From contig JAAOMT010000718.1 of assembly GCA_016748015.1 (NCBI GenBank), positions 558,001-622,000 of the forward strand: 64,000 nt of DNA, read 5' to 3'. The stretch comes from Geosiphon pyriformis uo1 (lineage: Eukaryota > Fungi > Glomeromycota). Below the pieces are notes generated by a model. The model was not told where the DNA came from and did no database searches. It worked only from the letters and a program-made list of their open reading frames with translations. Numbering within the stretch: the first letter of the stretch is position 1; each line of letters opens with the position of its first letter. Shown piece by piece: positions 1 to 13,322 of this stretch. Both the position numbers and the translations under genes were made by a program.

Positions 1-3000
1 GTAAATATTAACAACTTGGTGAATTTGCTACCAAAATATTTAATTAATTAATAAAAATTCAAATTAAGTAACAGTTGTTTATTTATAATTAAAAATATCT
101 TTTTTTTTTAAAGTTTTTTTTAAAATAATATATTAAAAACAATTTTAATATAATTGTTATTATTATAAAAAATCTTGAAATTTTTAATTATAAATTAATA
201 GCAAAGTTATTGTTTTTTTTAATATTTTTATAATTAATTTTTTAAAAAATATTAACCTTTTTCTTTTTTGTATTTATATAAATACAATCAAAACAAAGAA
301 TAAAAAAGTCACAACTTCTTTATTTTCAAAATATTTATTAATATTTTTATTATTAAAATAATTATAACTATTAAAAATATTTAATAATACTCTATAAAAA
401 CACTTTTTATAAATAAAATAATAATAATAAGCCAGTTTTAAAATATTATTATAATTTTTAATTAAAAGTTTTTCTTTTTTTAAAGTTTCTTTAAAGATAT
501 AATTTTTGTTTTTTTTAAAAATCTTAAAGTTTTTAAAAAATTAATAATTAAATTATTATTTTTTTTTTCTCTCTTATAATTATTTAAATAATTAAAAAAA
601 TCAAATTAACCAAATAACAATTTTTTTAAGTCTTTGTTATATTTAATTACAATTTTTTTAAAATGCTAAAAAATATTTTTTGGTGTTTTTAATATTAATT
701 TTAATGTTTTAAAATTAGTTTTTTTTTTGTAGAAAATAAAGTTTTGGTTTTATCTGTTTTATTTGGTTTTTTATTACTTATATTAATTATAATATTTAAT
801 TTTATTATAATTGTAAATAAAATAAAAATTTTATTTTAAATAATAACAATAAAAACACATTAATTAATTTTAATTTTATCTTTAATTATATTATTTAAGA
901 TATTAATTTTTAATCAATTATTATTAATTTTAAAAGCAATACAAATTATATTTTTATATTTGTTTTTGATTAATTAAACTATTAAATTATTTAATCTTAA
1001 AAACTAGACTAATTAAACTTATTTTTTTTTGTTTGCTAATAATATTGTTTTTAATAATATTTAAAAAACAATTATTAATTATTAAAGTTTTTTGAATAAA
1101 TAATTTTTATTTTAATGTTTATATTCTTTGATTAAATTAAATTATGTTAAAACTGTTTTTTAGTTTATATATAACTTTATTAATATAATATTGGTTTTTA
1201 AAAATAATATAAAACTGTTTTATATAAAATTTATTTTTTGTTTTTTATTAATCTTTTTACTTTAAAATTATTAAGTTTTTAAGTTTATATTTTTTTGTTG
1301 CTATTGCTTTGCAAAATATTTTTTTCTTATTAAGATAAAATATTTAATAAAGTTTTTTAAGTTATGTTAAAGTTTATTAATATTTAATAATATAATATTA
1401 TTTATTTTAAGTTTTTTTTTATTAAATTTAATAAGTAAAGTTTTAATACAATTTAGTATTATATATTAAATTATATAATCTAAATTAAATATGTATTATA
1501 TATTGTTTATACATAACTAACTATTCAAACATAGTCAAAACAATATAATATATCTATTAAAACAAAAACAATATTATCTAAACTAACATAAAACAAATAT
1601 GATTTATATAATCTAAAACAAATTTTTAAGTTAATAAATACACTTAATAACTTGTTAATACCAAATAAAAATTATACCAAAAAACTATTAACAACAAAAA
1701 TTAAAAAGTTATTACTAAGTATTAAATTATTATTTTTTATAAAAGCTCTGTGCTTAGATTAAATTAATTATATTTTAATATAATAAACTATATCTAAACT
1801 TTGCATTAAATTTACAATTTTTTATAGCAAGCTTGAAGTTTTTAAAAACAAAAAAAACTTTAAAAACAAATCTTTAAAAACATATTTCTTGCTTAGTATA
1901 GTATATAACTTATAATTAAAGATACAAAAATACAGTATTTGTAAAACACAAAACAAAAATTAATTTAATTTTAATATAAAATACCAAATTATAAAAAGTA
2001 AATTCAACAATTATAAATAGATATTAGTATTTATTAAACACATAAAAAAATAATTAAACAATTTTATATTACTATAATAAAAACATAAAACATTAAAGTA
2101 TTTATTATTATATAATTATTTATAAACAGCTATAGCCAATCATTAATATAAAGTTTTTATGTAATAAAAATACAGATTAGCTATAAATAAATTCATAAAA
2201 CCAGAAGCCATATATAAATTAAGATGCCAAATCAAAAACATTTGAATTTAATCAATATTTTTAAGCAAATTATTGTTAAAAACATTAGTTTTAGATCTTA
2301 TTTTTTAATATATATGATTAATAGCACCAAAAATCTTATAAAAAAAATAACAGATATTTTTTAAGCTATTATCTTACCAATTTGAAGAAATTTTTTATTT
2401 ATTTTAACAAAAAATATTAAATTTAAGAAAAAAATAATTTCAGTTAATACATTAATTTTTATATTATTTATAATATTTAAATATTTTTTTTACTTTAAAT
2501 CAAATAACTTAAATATTTTAATTTTAAACAATATTTTTTATGTAATATTTTTTTAGTCAATAAAAATTATAAAAATTAGGCAACACTAAATCTAACTTAA
2601 ATAAATATATACTTAAATTAGTTTAATTATTCAAGTAAATTACAATAAAATTATAAATAAAAATATATTTTAAAGTCAATATAATTACTTGTAATTTAAT
2701 TAATATAAAAGAAACAAATTCACATATTTTAATATTAATATTTAAATCTAAATTAGTAAAAAATGCAGCTATTTTGCTTTTTATATTTAATATATTCAAA
2801 TTTTTTAAAAAATTATCTGTATAAATATTAATAACTTTAAAATTACTTATTAAAAAAAATTTTTATACTATTGTAAAACCATTTAATTTATATATATTTA
2901 CAAAATTAAAATCAATTTCAATTAATTAAACATCAAAAAAAAATTGATATTCAAAAAACTAATTATTTTTTTAAACTAATTAAAAACAAAATTTTTAAAA

Positions 3001-4143
3001 TCAAGTTTTCCTAATAATAAAAGCTTTTTTTAATTAAAAACTGTTTCATAAAAATTATACCAAACTTTTTAAAAGAACAAAACATATTAAAAAAGCCATA
3101 ATCTTTTAATATTAATAATATTAAAGTGTTTTTAGAAAACTAAAACACAGAAGATAAATTGTTTACTAAAAGAAATTAAAGTTTTAAAAAATTTTTATCA
3201 AACTAGTCAAAAAATTGTTTATATATTAATTCTTAATTTAACAAAAAACTACAATAAATGGCAAAAAAACCAGCTTAAAACTTATAAAATTTAAGATTAA
3301 TATTTAAATAATCTGCTAAATATACTATTAGTATTTAAAAAATTCAACATATTTATAATCTTACTTTTAATTTATATTTGCTTAAATGTTTTTAAATTAT
3401 ATAAAAACAAATAATATACTGTTTTGTTTGAAAAATTTTCAAACATATAAAATTTTAATTTAAAGTTTTTTTAATATAAATATTTTATTTGCTAAAATGT
3501 TTTTAAAAATAAAACTAAATTATATTTTTTAATTAATTATAAACTATAAAACAGCTAAAATCAAATATAAAAACTGTTTATCTAAAATAGCTTTTTTTAA
3601 AATTAAATTAAAAAAAAAATTAATATTTAAATATATTTTAGCCAGACTAAGCTTTAATAAATTATTTGTAGACAAAAAAATATTTAAATACTTATAAATT
3701 TTACTCTTTTTTATAATTGAAATTAGCAAATTACTAATTAATAAAAAAAGAAAAAATATTTTGCAGTTGATAAAAATAGTTATTATTTTTTTATTGTTAA
3801 TTTAAAATATTATTTATTTGAAAGAATTTATTTGTAATATCCAAAATATATTGAGTGGCAGTTTGATTATTTTCTATTTAGCTTGTATTATTTACAAAAA
3901 TATTTACAGCAAAAAAGAATATTAAACTAACTTAACTTTTAATATGTCTTATTTTGACAATAAACTTAAAATTAAATTAATATTATATAGACTACTTTGC
4001 TTTTTAACTTTATACAAAAAAAAATCATAAAAAATCTGTTTTAAAAGAAGAAAAAAATTTTATTTTAATTTAAATTATTATATATTTAATAATTATCAAT
4101 TAAATTAAAGTCTATTATAACACAATTTGTTCTATTATTATAG
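1..4143. repeat. Extremely AT-rich tract, probably terminally decayed transposon DNA
   Basis: Very low G+C, essentially no CpG, no credible ORF; resembles an extension of the decay seen in recognisable TE copies nearby. Family not identifiable. Confidence 0.55.
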
Positions 4144-4147
4144 ATAT

Positions 4148-4743
4148 TATTACAGGTTGGAGTAATAAGTTAATGAATAACAAGAGAGAACAGAATTGTA
4201 GGATGATGAAAATAATCAAAGAGATTTTAACTTCAAAGAGCGAATTGAATGAGGTATAATTCTATGCTTCATGTTAGTGCTCTTAGAATTCAATATTAGG
4301 TATTAGATGTACTTTTCAATCACATTTTATTCAATAATCTTTAAATGCTGTAATTACACGTTTTAGAAAAAGGTAGAAAATAACCAACAAGTAATCTTTT
4401 ATCTTTAAGATATTCAAATACTTAAAAGTAGGAAAAGAGAAATTAGTAATAAAAGAAAGATTGAGATAAAAGTTCTTATTTTATTTATTTTATTTTCTTG
4501 ATTTTTTTTTCTACTTTTCTATAGCTAAGAGATTCATTGCTTATATAGCTGTCAAAAATAGTCAATAATTAGGTCAATAACTAGGTCAATAATTAAGTCA
4601 ATAATTAGGTCAATAATCAGGTCAATGGTCAGGTCATTGATCAGGTCAATGATCACTTACTAAAAATAGAATGGCTAATTTATGTGACATCAATGGCTAA
4701 TACATGTGATAATTAATAAGAAGTATAAGTTTCAACTGTAATA
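4148..4743 (-). repeat. 3' LTR of element A
   Basis: Aligns with 12011-12039 plus 12819-13531; decayed termini tattaca/tgtaata; purine-rich PPT remnant (AAAGAAGATAA on minus) adjacent at 4744-4754. Confidence 0.93.
4561..4656. repeat. 12-bp tandem array (GTCAATRATYAG x8) in 3' LTR of A
   Basis: Directly visible; on the minus strand it lies just upstream of a TATA-like GCTATATAAG. Confidence 0.9.
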
Positions 4744-5370
4744 TTATCTTCTTTAAAGAAATTAAGCTCTGGTGAAATTAAGCTATTTATGGTATAATCT
4801 ATTGGAAGAGTTTTATCTAACTCAAAGCTAACTAGTTTGTTGAAGTCTTTTGTGGATAAGGTATATAATACTTGAAACAAAATGAGTTTTGTATCTAAGA
4901 GACCAAATCTTTGTATTAGAGTTTTGGCTCTTTTAGCAATAGTTAAAACTTTTGGAACATTTAACCGTATAATGCCCAAAATTTCTGCCTGTATCTCTGA
5001 AGTTGTTTTCTTCAAGAGTTTTATATCCTCTATGATTTTACCAAGATGACCATAGAGTTCTAATTGCCTTCTATATGACAAGTTTTTGTCTATGGGTAAG
5101 ATTTCTTGAAGTGTTTTTTTAATTGTGCTAGAAGGTGAGAGTATAGCTGCTGTTATACTTTCCAACAGATATTTATCTATTTTACTACCAATTCTTTTTC
5201 TTCTGGTAGTAGTTTTCTTTGGTCTAATAACAGTATATATTCCACTGTTATCAGTTATGGTGATTTGTTTTCCAATAGTCAGAGTAGCATTTGGATAGTT
5301 TTTGATCCAATACTCATGAAGAGTATAGAAGACATTTTGAATATTTTGATCCAAAAAAATAATTGTACAT
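4713..5370 (-). CDS. Accessory ORF (ORF3) of element A, unknown function
   Basis: 213 open codons (4713-5354) between integrase and 3' LTR, sense to pol; ATG at 5370 joins the frame if one T is removed from a T7 run (MYNYFLDQNIQ). Confidence 0.6.
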
Positions 5371-6251
5371 GTTAATTGAAGATACCTCTGTTTTGGAAAT
5401 AGTGCATTTATTTATACTTGATTTTTGCTGATTATTTGAGTCAGTATTACCACAACAGGCAGCCAATCAGGTCGTTTATAATATTTCTTGAATCATGTAT
5501 CATAAACAGAATGATTATTGAAGATTGTTTTGGATTGATCTTGAAGAATATAAAAACTATTGTTCAAGACTTTGTTGACTATAAAGGGTCCTTTCCATTG
5601 GCTAGAAAATTTATCACCATAAAAATTGTCTTTGTCAGAACAGTATTCTAGTACCAAGTCACCAACACTTAAAGAAAGTGTTTTATAGGTTTTTTTTTTT
5701 AAGCTTTTCTTGGAACTGTTGTATCTTTTCAAAAGCAATTATTTGTGTTTCTACCAAGAAGTCAAAAATGGTACCAAGTCTTCTTTGCAAAATGTTTTTG
5801 TAATTTCCTATTGTAATCTCTTCAAAGGGTATTGTTTCAATATTAGTTTCTATTGGTAGTGTTGTCATGTGTCTATAGAGCAGATAAAAAGGTTTATAAC
5901 TTGTTATGTTATGATTTACAGTTCTATAAACAAACAAAGCTAAAGACAGTACTTTGTCTCATAAGTTTGTTTCTTCACTGGTTTTGGCTAGAGTTTTACA
6001 TAATGTTCTATTAAAATGTTCCACTAGGCCATTTGTTTAGAGGTGATAAAGGGAGGAAAGTTTATGATGTATTCCCATTTTTCTACAAAGTTCTTCAACC
6101 AGTGTACTGAGAAAAGCTCTTCCTTTATCAAATAAAAGTTCTTTGGGACAACCATAATGGCAAATAATATCTTCATAAATGAAATTGGTTATTGAGATTA
6201 CTGTTTGGTCTGGAGTGGCTCTTGCTTCTACCCATTTTGTAAAATAATCAG

Positions 6252-7328
6252 TGTTACAGGTGAATCTTTGGAGTATCAAGTGAATAACAAATCTGTAACT
6301 TGGTGCTCAAAGCAATTGGTAACGATGATAATCTGAAGATATTTTATCTGAAGATTTTCCAATTGAGTTCTTTGTATAATGGACAGAGATTCAGTAATAA
6401 CAGTTTATTAGTAGTTTCCTAAAATCATAGTTTGTCAATTGCTTTCTCAACTTGATGATTGGTGATTATCCTGGTATGATATCTTCTGTAAGTGTATACC
6501 AGTGCTGTTTCCTGATGTCAGTTCCTCCATAAGTCCTCCAAGAGTAAGTTTTGTTTAAGCAAGTTTATTTTTCTGTAAGTCCTCCAAGAGTAAGTATTGT
6601 TTTAAGTAAGTTTATTCCTCTGTAAGTCCTCCAAGAGTAAGTATTGTTTTATGTAAGTTTATTCCTCTGTAAGTCCTCCAAAAGTAAGTTTTTTAATCAA
6701 GTTAGTAAACAACAAAGAAATAAAAAAAAGATAAAAGAAAATAAATGAAATTTGAAATAAGCCAAGGTGATTTGCAAGTTAGTATCCTGTCAATAGCTGT
6801 AATCAAGAGCTATTGTTCCAGTATGGTTAAGTATCAATTACTATCAACATGAAATGTTGATAGTGATGAGTGGATTTGAGATTGTGAATAATTATTTATT
6901 GGATGATTGTGGTAACTAGACTAAAGATTCTTGGTGTTGATTCTTTTTTTTTTTTTTTTTGTAATTTTAATAATTATGATTTTGCGAGTCTAATTGATTC
7001 TATAAGTCTAATTGACTTCACAAATCAATTGACTCTAAGTTCTATTGACTAATTTTCTAACTTCTGATACTACTGCTATATATACGTATTTGAGATTCCT
7101 CAATTTCTCAATTCTTCATATCAGGAATCCTGGAATTCCTGGAATTTTGCAATTCTTTTGAGAGGAATCCTGGAATTCTGGAATCTTGCAATTCCTCATG
7201 TGAAAATCCTGCAATTTCTGGAATTCTGCGATTTCTCTGAGAGGAATTCTGGAATTCCACATTTACTACATCTACCTATGATTGGCTAATTTATATGCTA
7301 ATATACTTCTTATATTTTATGAGTAATA
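6252..7328 (-). mobile_element. Solo LTR B1 inserted in integrase of element A
   Basis: TGTTACA...GTAATA termini; flanks TCAG/TTGG (both one transition from TCGG); host integrase resumes exactly across it; homologous to 12040-12814. Confidence 0.9.
6522..6692. repeat. About 47-bp tandem repeat x3.5 within solo LTR B1
   Basis: Unit CTGTAAGTCCTCCAAGAGTAAGTATTGTTTTAAGTAAGTTTATTCCT; not seen as an array in B2. Confidence 0.85.
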
Positions 7329-7699
7329 TTGGTAGCTGTGATAATATATCTGTTGCCATTAGGAGTAATTGTTAAAGGTTCAACAACATTTATACCAATT
7401 TTGTTAAAGGGTTGACCAACAGAGATTGGATAAATATTTTCTTTGCAATTGGGTTCAGTATGCATGTTGTATATTACAATTTCTCTTTCTTCAAATCTGA
7501 TGACTTTCTGGGGGTGATCAAGATCTTTTTTGTTTCTTTTGTATAATTGGTTCTGGTGAATCAAATAAAAATTTGATTGTTTGCACAAATGTTCTTTTTG
7601 CTGTTGAGTGTATTCAGATGGGTATTGTCCTTTACCCAAAAATTCTATTAAAGCAAAGTAGTTGTCCAAGTCTATTATTGTGTTTGTTTGTGAAGAAGT

Positions 7700-10325
7700 T
7701 ACTAATAATTAAGTTGGTTTGGTTTGAGAGGTTGTACTGTTATTGGATAGTAAGTCTAGATAAAGTGTCGGCATTTTGATAATTTGCTCCTTTGTGGTGT
7801 TGAATATTATAGTCAAATTTATTCAAGTGAAGTATCCAGTAAGTTATTTGTTTGTGTTCCAGCTTCTTTTTCTTGTGCAGTCAAACCAAGGCTTGATGAT
7901 CTGTTACTACTAAGAATTTTGCACCAAGAAGATATTGATCCCAGTAACTAGTAGCCCAAACTACTGCTAAGCATTTCTGTTCAGTAATTAAATAGTTTTT
8001 TTCTGCTGGTATAAGAGATCTACTGGCATATGCTATGGCATGTTCTCTGCCATTTTTATCTTTCTGTGAAAGAACAGCACCAAGTTCATAGCCAAATGCA
8101 TTAGTGTGGAGGATAAAAGATTGGTCCAGATCAGATTGTTTGAGAATTGGTTCAGTAACAAGTTTTTCCTTCAGAAATTCAAAAGCTTTTTGTTGATGAG
8201 TGTCCCAATAATAATTGATATTTTTCCTGAGTAGCTGGTTGAGAGGAAAAGCAATTTTGGAGAAATTTTTGATAAATTTGTGATAGTAAGAGACCAAACC
8301 AAAGAAAGAGCATAGTTCAAAAACATTCATTGGTTGTCTAATGTTCTAAACTTTTTCAATTTTAGCTGGGTCAGGGAAGATTCCATCTTTTATAATAAGA
8401 TGACCAAGAAACTGGGTAGATTGACATTCAAAGAAAGATTTGATTGGGTTGATCTTAAGGCCAACATTTCTGAGCAGGTCAAAAACCTTCTGTAAATGTT
8501 CAAGATATTCATCCCAAATATACTATTATATCATTCAAGTAAACCAGAACAAAGTTTTCTTTTACTAATTCAAACACTTTATCTATTAGGTGTTGAAAAG
8601 TGGGAGGAACATTAGTGAAACCAAAAGACATGACTGTAAATTTATAGGTGCCATACTTGGTAATAAAGGCAGTTTTCTTTTTGCTTTTTGAATCCATCTC
8701 TACTTGTCAGAATCTGGCAGTTAAATTAATGGTTAAAAAAAAAGCAGCACTATTAAATTTATTTAGCATTGTATTAATTTTGGGGAGTGGATATATATCT
8801 CTTATAGTAATGGTATTTAGTTGATGGTAGTCAACACAGAAGCATAGGGTTCCATCTTTTTTGGATACTACTACAACTGGGAAAGCCCATTCACTTTTGG
8901 TTTTTTGTATGAATCCAAGATTTTTCATCTGGTTTATCTCTTTCTTGATAAACTCATTATTGTGTTGATTGGATTGATAAGACTTTAAATAGATAGAGCA
9001 AGTTTTTTTTATAATAATAGTATGTTGTATCACATGGGTTCTTCTAGGGGTGTTATTTTCTTTTGAAATAACTGAGCTATTTCTAGCCAACAGATTTTCA
9101 ATGTCTATTTTTTTTTCTTTAGGAGAAGATTCTCTTTGTTCTATAACTAGTGATTGGATTTCAGATGGTTCATTTTCAAAAGACTTTTGTACTTTTTTAA
9201 GTTCTTCTTGAGGTATCAAGCTAATTGGTTCCCAATTTTTGTAATAGATTAGGCAAAATTTGCATTTATTACTTGGTAAATACAAAGGTTTATTATACCA
9301 GCACCATGCATAAGAGCCATGCCACTAATAACTGTATTTTGCTTTCTTGCTAGGTTTTCTGTCAAAGGTTCTTCTGAGGATATCATAGTAAGGCCAGCAG
9401 ATTAGCTCATCATTTATCATAATTCCTTTTTTGTTAACTTTAACATTATCCAGTGGCTTGCCATTACTGGTAAAAACAGTATAAGCAAATTCAATGATTT
9501 CTTCTAGTTCTTTTTAATTTTTATTATCACTTTTATCATCATCTGATTCATCTGATTGTTCTTTTTCTTGGTTCTGTTTGGTTGCTAAAGAAGTTGTCCA
9601 ATGACGGCATTTAACCACAATGGGTTTTTCACTACATTTAATGGTTAGCTCACAAAGTTCATAGTCAAGTAGTGCTTTGGCTTTCTTAAGCCATTTATTA
9701 CCAACAATGATGGTGTACTCTTTTGCTTCAGATACTTTCATATCAGTTTTAATGCTGATATTATTAATACAAACAGAAATAGCTTTGGCTATGCCCAGAT
9801 CTTTCTTCTTGTTACCATGTATGTTGGTTATTGGTTTTGTAGAAGGCTCATTAATTTTCTGCCAATTGCTTCAAAAAAATGTTTGGCAATTACATTAACT
9901 GATAATCTACTGTCTAGGATCAAATCAATGAAGTAACCAGCCACTTGGGCTTTACAAATCAGAGAGATAACATTGCTGTTATCAGCAAGTCCAGCTTGGT
10001 GAGAGCATTTGTTGGTCTTTGGTGTTTTTTTCTTTGGTATCAATGATTTGCAAAGATCTTTTCTGAACTGTGGATGGGTCATTAGTTGGCCAAATGTAAT
10101 GTGTACTGGGGTTTCCATGAGATCTTTAACAACAGAATAGGGTCCAAATTTTTGTACAATTTCTGGGGGTTTTAACTTTGGAGGATTTTTAAAAACCTTA
10201 GTCTTTGATGACTCATTGTTATCAGCAGATGATTTGGATGCTTTGTTTGGATCCAAGATAAAATCAATCTTGGCTTTCTTCTTCTTTCTGGTTGATTCAG
10301 AGGTGTTAATTGCTAGTTTATCCAT
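7700..10325 (-). pseudogene. Gypsy pol: protease, reverse transcriptase, RNase H (element A)
   Basis: PR ILDSRLSV (DSG-derived); RT WAFPVVVVSKKDG..FCVDYHQLN, TAFITKYG..MSFGFTN, YLNDII (YLDD-derived); RH LHTNAFGYELGAVL..IAYASRSL..VTDHQAL; several stops and frameshifts. Confidence 0.93.
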
Positions 10326-10423
10326 ATCATAATTATTATCAATTAAGTTAAAAGCATAAAAGAGGTTTTCTTCTGGTTGGCTTGTACTCTCACTCTTTGG
10401 AAGTGTGCTTACCAGTTTAAATG

Positions 10424-11950
10424 CTAATAAACAGTAGCTTCAACTAAGGGATTCTTTCCAAAAAAATTGATGTTGGCATAATTGGGTCTTTGATTGGAAA
10501 CATTATTATTGTTGGGTTTGTTATTCTGAGTGTCATTATTTTTGGAAGCTAAAAGAGACAATGGGGGATTGTTACAGTTTCTGAAAAAGTGTCCAGTTAG
10601 TCCACAGCAATAGCACACAGGTGGGCCATGATTTTGTTGTCTTTGATATGGTAGTTGCTGGGGCTGATTGAAGCGGGGTTCAAATCTGAGTCTTTGGGGT
10701 TGCTGATTGTCTCTGACTGCTTGGGCTAATGGTTCTAGTAGCTGGACAAGATTAGCTGTAAGTCTATCTATTAACTGTTTATTTGGGTCTTGAGTTTGGA
10801 CAGCAAAAGAGGTAGCAGCCATTTGAGAAGCAAGAGCCATAACAGAAGCAGGAGCAAAAACTAAAAGTGTAGATTTTAGGTGCATTTTTTGATTGTCTTC
10901 TATTCTCTGAACAAGTTCAATGGCCATATCTATTGTGGGATTATTTTTTAAGGCCAGAAAGAGCCAAAGAGCATATAATAGATTAGTTTTTAGTCCTTTT
11001 GTGAAGGAATGTATTTTCTGCTCTTCTGTCCAATTTCTTCCAAAGTCTACCCGTTTAATGAGTTTTCTTATTGCTTTGGCATATTCTGTCACAACTTTAC
11101 CAGGGCCTTGAGTTCTTCTTTCTAATTCCATACACCATTTTGAGATTAAGATGGGAGTTCTAAATTTCATTTTAAATCAGGTAGTAAAAGAAGTGTTGTC
11201 TTCTCCAGCATTTGCTAATGCTCATCTAATGATTCTTTGCTGAGCATTGGCATTGGTTTTTTGTGAGATAAGTAGCAGAAAAGCCTTGGAGGTAGCCACC
11301 AACAATTTAGAACTTGTATTCATTATCATATTGGTTTGCTGTGGTAGCTCTCTCAAAATTATCTAGCCCTTCAATTGGATCTTGGGCATTATCTCTAAAT
11401 AATAGTAATGGGGTTGTTTCTTCATCCTAAAACAGTCTGTATACCTTAAAGAGTGATCAGAATGTTTTGTTGCAGAGGGTCTTGAACCATTGGTTCAGGT
11501 GTAACTGTTTGTGTGGAATGTTCTGATTCACTTGAAAAGAGATCAAAAACAGGAGCAGTTTAATAGCTTTCTTTTTCTGTTTTAAAAGAAGTTTCTGTTG
11601 ATTGATGGACAACAATCCAAATGTGGATTTGATGATTCAGATATTCGAAATCAGGAGGCTGTTGTTCAAAGATTGTAGAATATAAAAGTTGATTAATACT
11701 GTTGTTTCTTTCTTTAAAGTCATCTTCAAGATAAGCTTGGTCAAAATAATAGATTGTATAAGCTGTGTAGGTTTCAGCTGAATGCTTATTCAAGAACCAG
11801 TTTCAAAAGTCTTAAAATTGTCTGCTGGATTGTTCTTCAATGGGAAAGCAAATCAAGCAGGAGGACAAAAGATTGAGTTTAATAAAGTTTAGATCATTTT
11901 TGTTGTGTGCTTCAAAGTGTTCTTTTGATTGTTGTGGCAGGTATGAATAA
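10424..11950 (-). pseudogene. Gypsy gag with CCHC zinc knuckle (element A)
   Basis: Capsid-like segment RRTQGPGKVVTEYAKAIRKL..FTKGL and CYCCGLTGHFFRNC knuckle; upstream fragment 11560-11793 is probably its N-terminal extension. Confidence 0.85.
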
Positions 11951-11986
11951 TCACTTATACAATAGGAAACAAAGTGGATTTTGACA

Positions 11987-12004
11987 ACCTCACAGGAAGC
12001 ACCA
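11987..12004 (-). promoter_or_regulatory. Primer binding site of element A (probably tRNA-Ile-like)
   Basis: TGGTGCTTCCTGTGAGGT on minus strand, 6 nt inside the 5' LTR; complementary to a tRNA 3' end ..CCUCACAGGAAGCACCA. Isotype assigned from recalled similarity only. Confidence 0.8.
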
Positions 12005-12039
12005 CTTTTATGTTATGGGTTGGAGTAACAAGCTAACGG

Positions 12040-12814
12040 TGTTATAGTTGATTATTTGGAGTCTCAGGTCAAATAAAAAACCCGTAACTTGGTGCTCAAA
12101 AGCTACTCACATTGTTGATAATATTTTTAAGTGGTTGGTATCTGAAGGTTTTCCAAATGAGTCCTTTGTATAATGGACAGAGATTCAATAGTTGTTTTAT
12201 TCGTAGCTTCCCAGACTCGCAAGTCTGTCAATTTTTTTCTCAGCTTGGTGGCTGGCAATCCTTTGGTAAATAATCAATATTTTCTGTACATGTCCTACCC
12301 ACTCACAAGAGTCTTTTATCAGGCAATCCTTGACATCAGTAATCAGTGCTTTGAATCAATTGGTTAGTGCACAATAACAAATTCAACGAAATATAAAGAA
12401 AATAAAGAAATATAAAGAAATAAGCCAAGATGATTTACAAGTTAGTATTCCGTCAATAGCCATGATCAAGAGCTATTGTTACAGTGTGGTTAAGTATTAA
12501 TTACTATCAACACTTTATGTTGATAGTAAAGAGTGAATTTGGTATAGTGAATAATTATTTATTTGAGGATTGTGGTAACTAAGCTAAGAATTCTTGGTGT
12601 TAATTCTGTTTTTTCTGCTTTTAATGCTACTGCTATATATACATATTTGAGATTTCTTAATTCTTCAATTTCTTGCAACAGAAATCCTGGAATTCCTGGA
12701 ATTCTGCAATTTCTCTGAGAGAAATCTTGGAATTCCATATTTACTATGTCTACATCTGATTGGCTAATATCTACTGACTAATAATACTATATTTCCTATA
12801 TTCTATGAATAACA
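12040..12814 (-). mobile_element. Solo LTR B2 inserted in 5' LTR of element A
   Basis: TGTTATA...AATAACA termini; TSD ACGG/ACAG; shares GTAACTTGGTGCTCAAA, TATAATGGACAGAGATTC and GGAATTCC-type arrays with B1. Confidence 0.92.
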
Positions 12815-13322
12815 ACAGATAGCAAGGGAGAACAGAATTGTAGGATAATAAAAATAATCAAAGGGATTTCAACTTTAAAAAGTGAATTGAATAAGTATGG
12901 ATTCAATATATGAGATTAGTCTCATAAAATATCTCAGTTGCTATGCTTTTCAAAAAATAACCAGAGAATTTGAAGGTAGAGAGATAGTCTGTACTGTTAA
13001 CAAATAATCATGTTTGGTATAATTCTATGCTTTACGTCAGTATTCTTAGAATTCAATATCAGGTATTAGATGTACTCTTCAGTTACATTTTATTCAATAA
13101 TCTTTAAATGCTACAATTACATGTTTCAGGAAAAGATAGAAAATAACCAACAAGTAATCTTTTATCTTTAAAATGTTCAGATACTTGAAAATAAGGAAAG
13201 AGAAATTAGTGATAAGAGAAAGATTAAGATGAAAGTTGTTATTTTATTTATTTGATTTCCTTGATTTTTTTCATGCTTTTCTACAGCTAAGAGATTCATC
13301 ACTTATATAGCTGTCAAAAGTG

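Larger units (their letters stand above)
5493..7669 (-). pseudogene. Gypsy integrase (element A), split by solo LTR
   Basis: GINVVEPL..GNRYIITAT|DYFTKWVEA..ELLFDKGRAF..SSLYHL, C-terminal VGDLVL..WKGPF; N-terminal HHCC region appears deleted; no chromodomain seen. Confidence 0.92.

Noticed and set aside
3544-3729. Short I/K/L/N/F-rich ORFs in AT-rich tracts
   Set aside because: Compositional artefacts of very low G+C.
6522-6692. CRISPR-like repeat array
   Set aside because: Units are head-to-tail without unique spacers, inside a eukaryotic solo LTR; no cas genes.
7310-11170. Alternative genetic code or programmed readthrough to explain in-frame stops in TE ORFs
   Set aside because: Stops fall at differing positions among copies and derive from CAR/CGA/TGG by transitions; host genes translate with the standard code.
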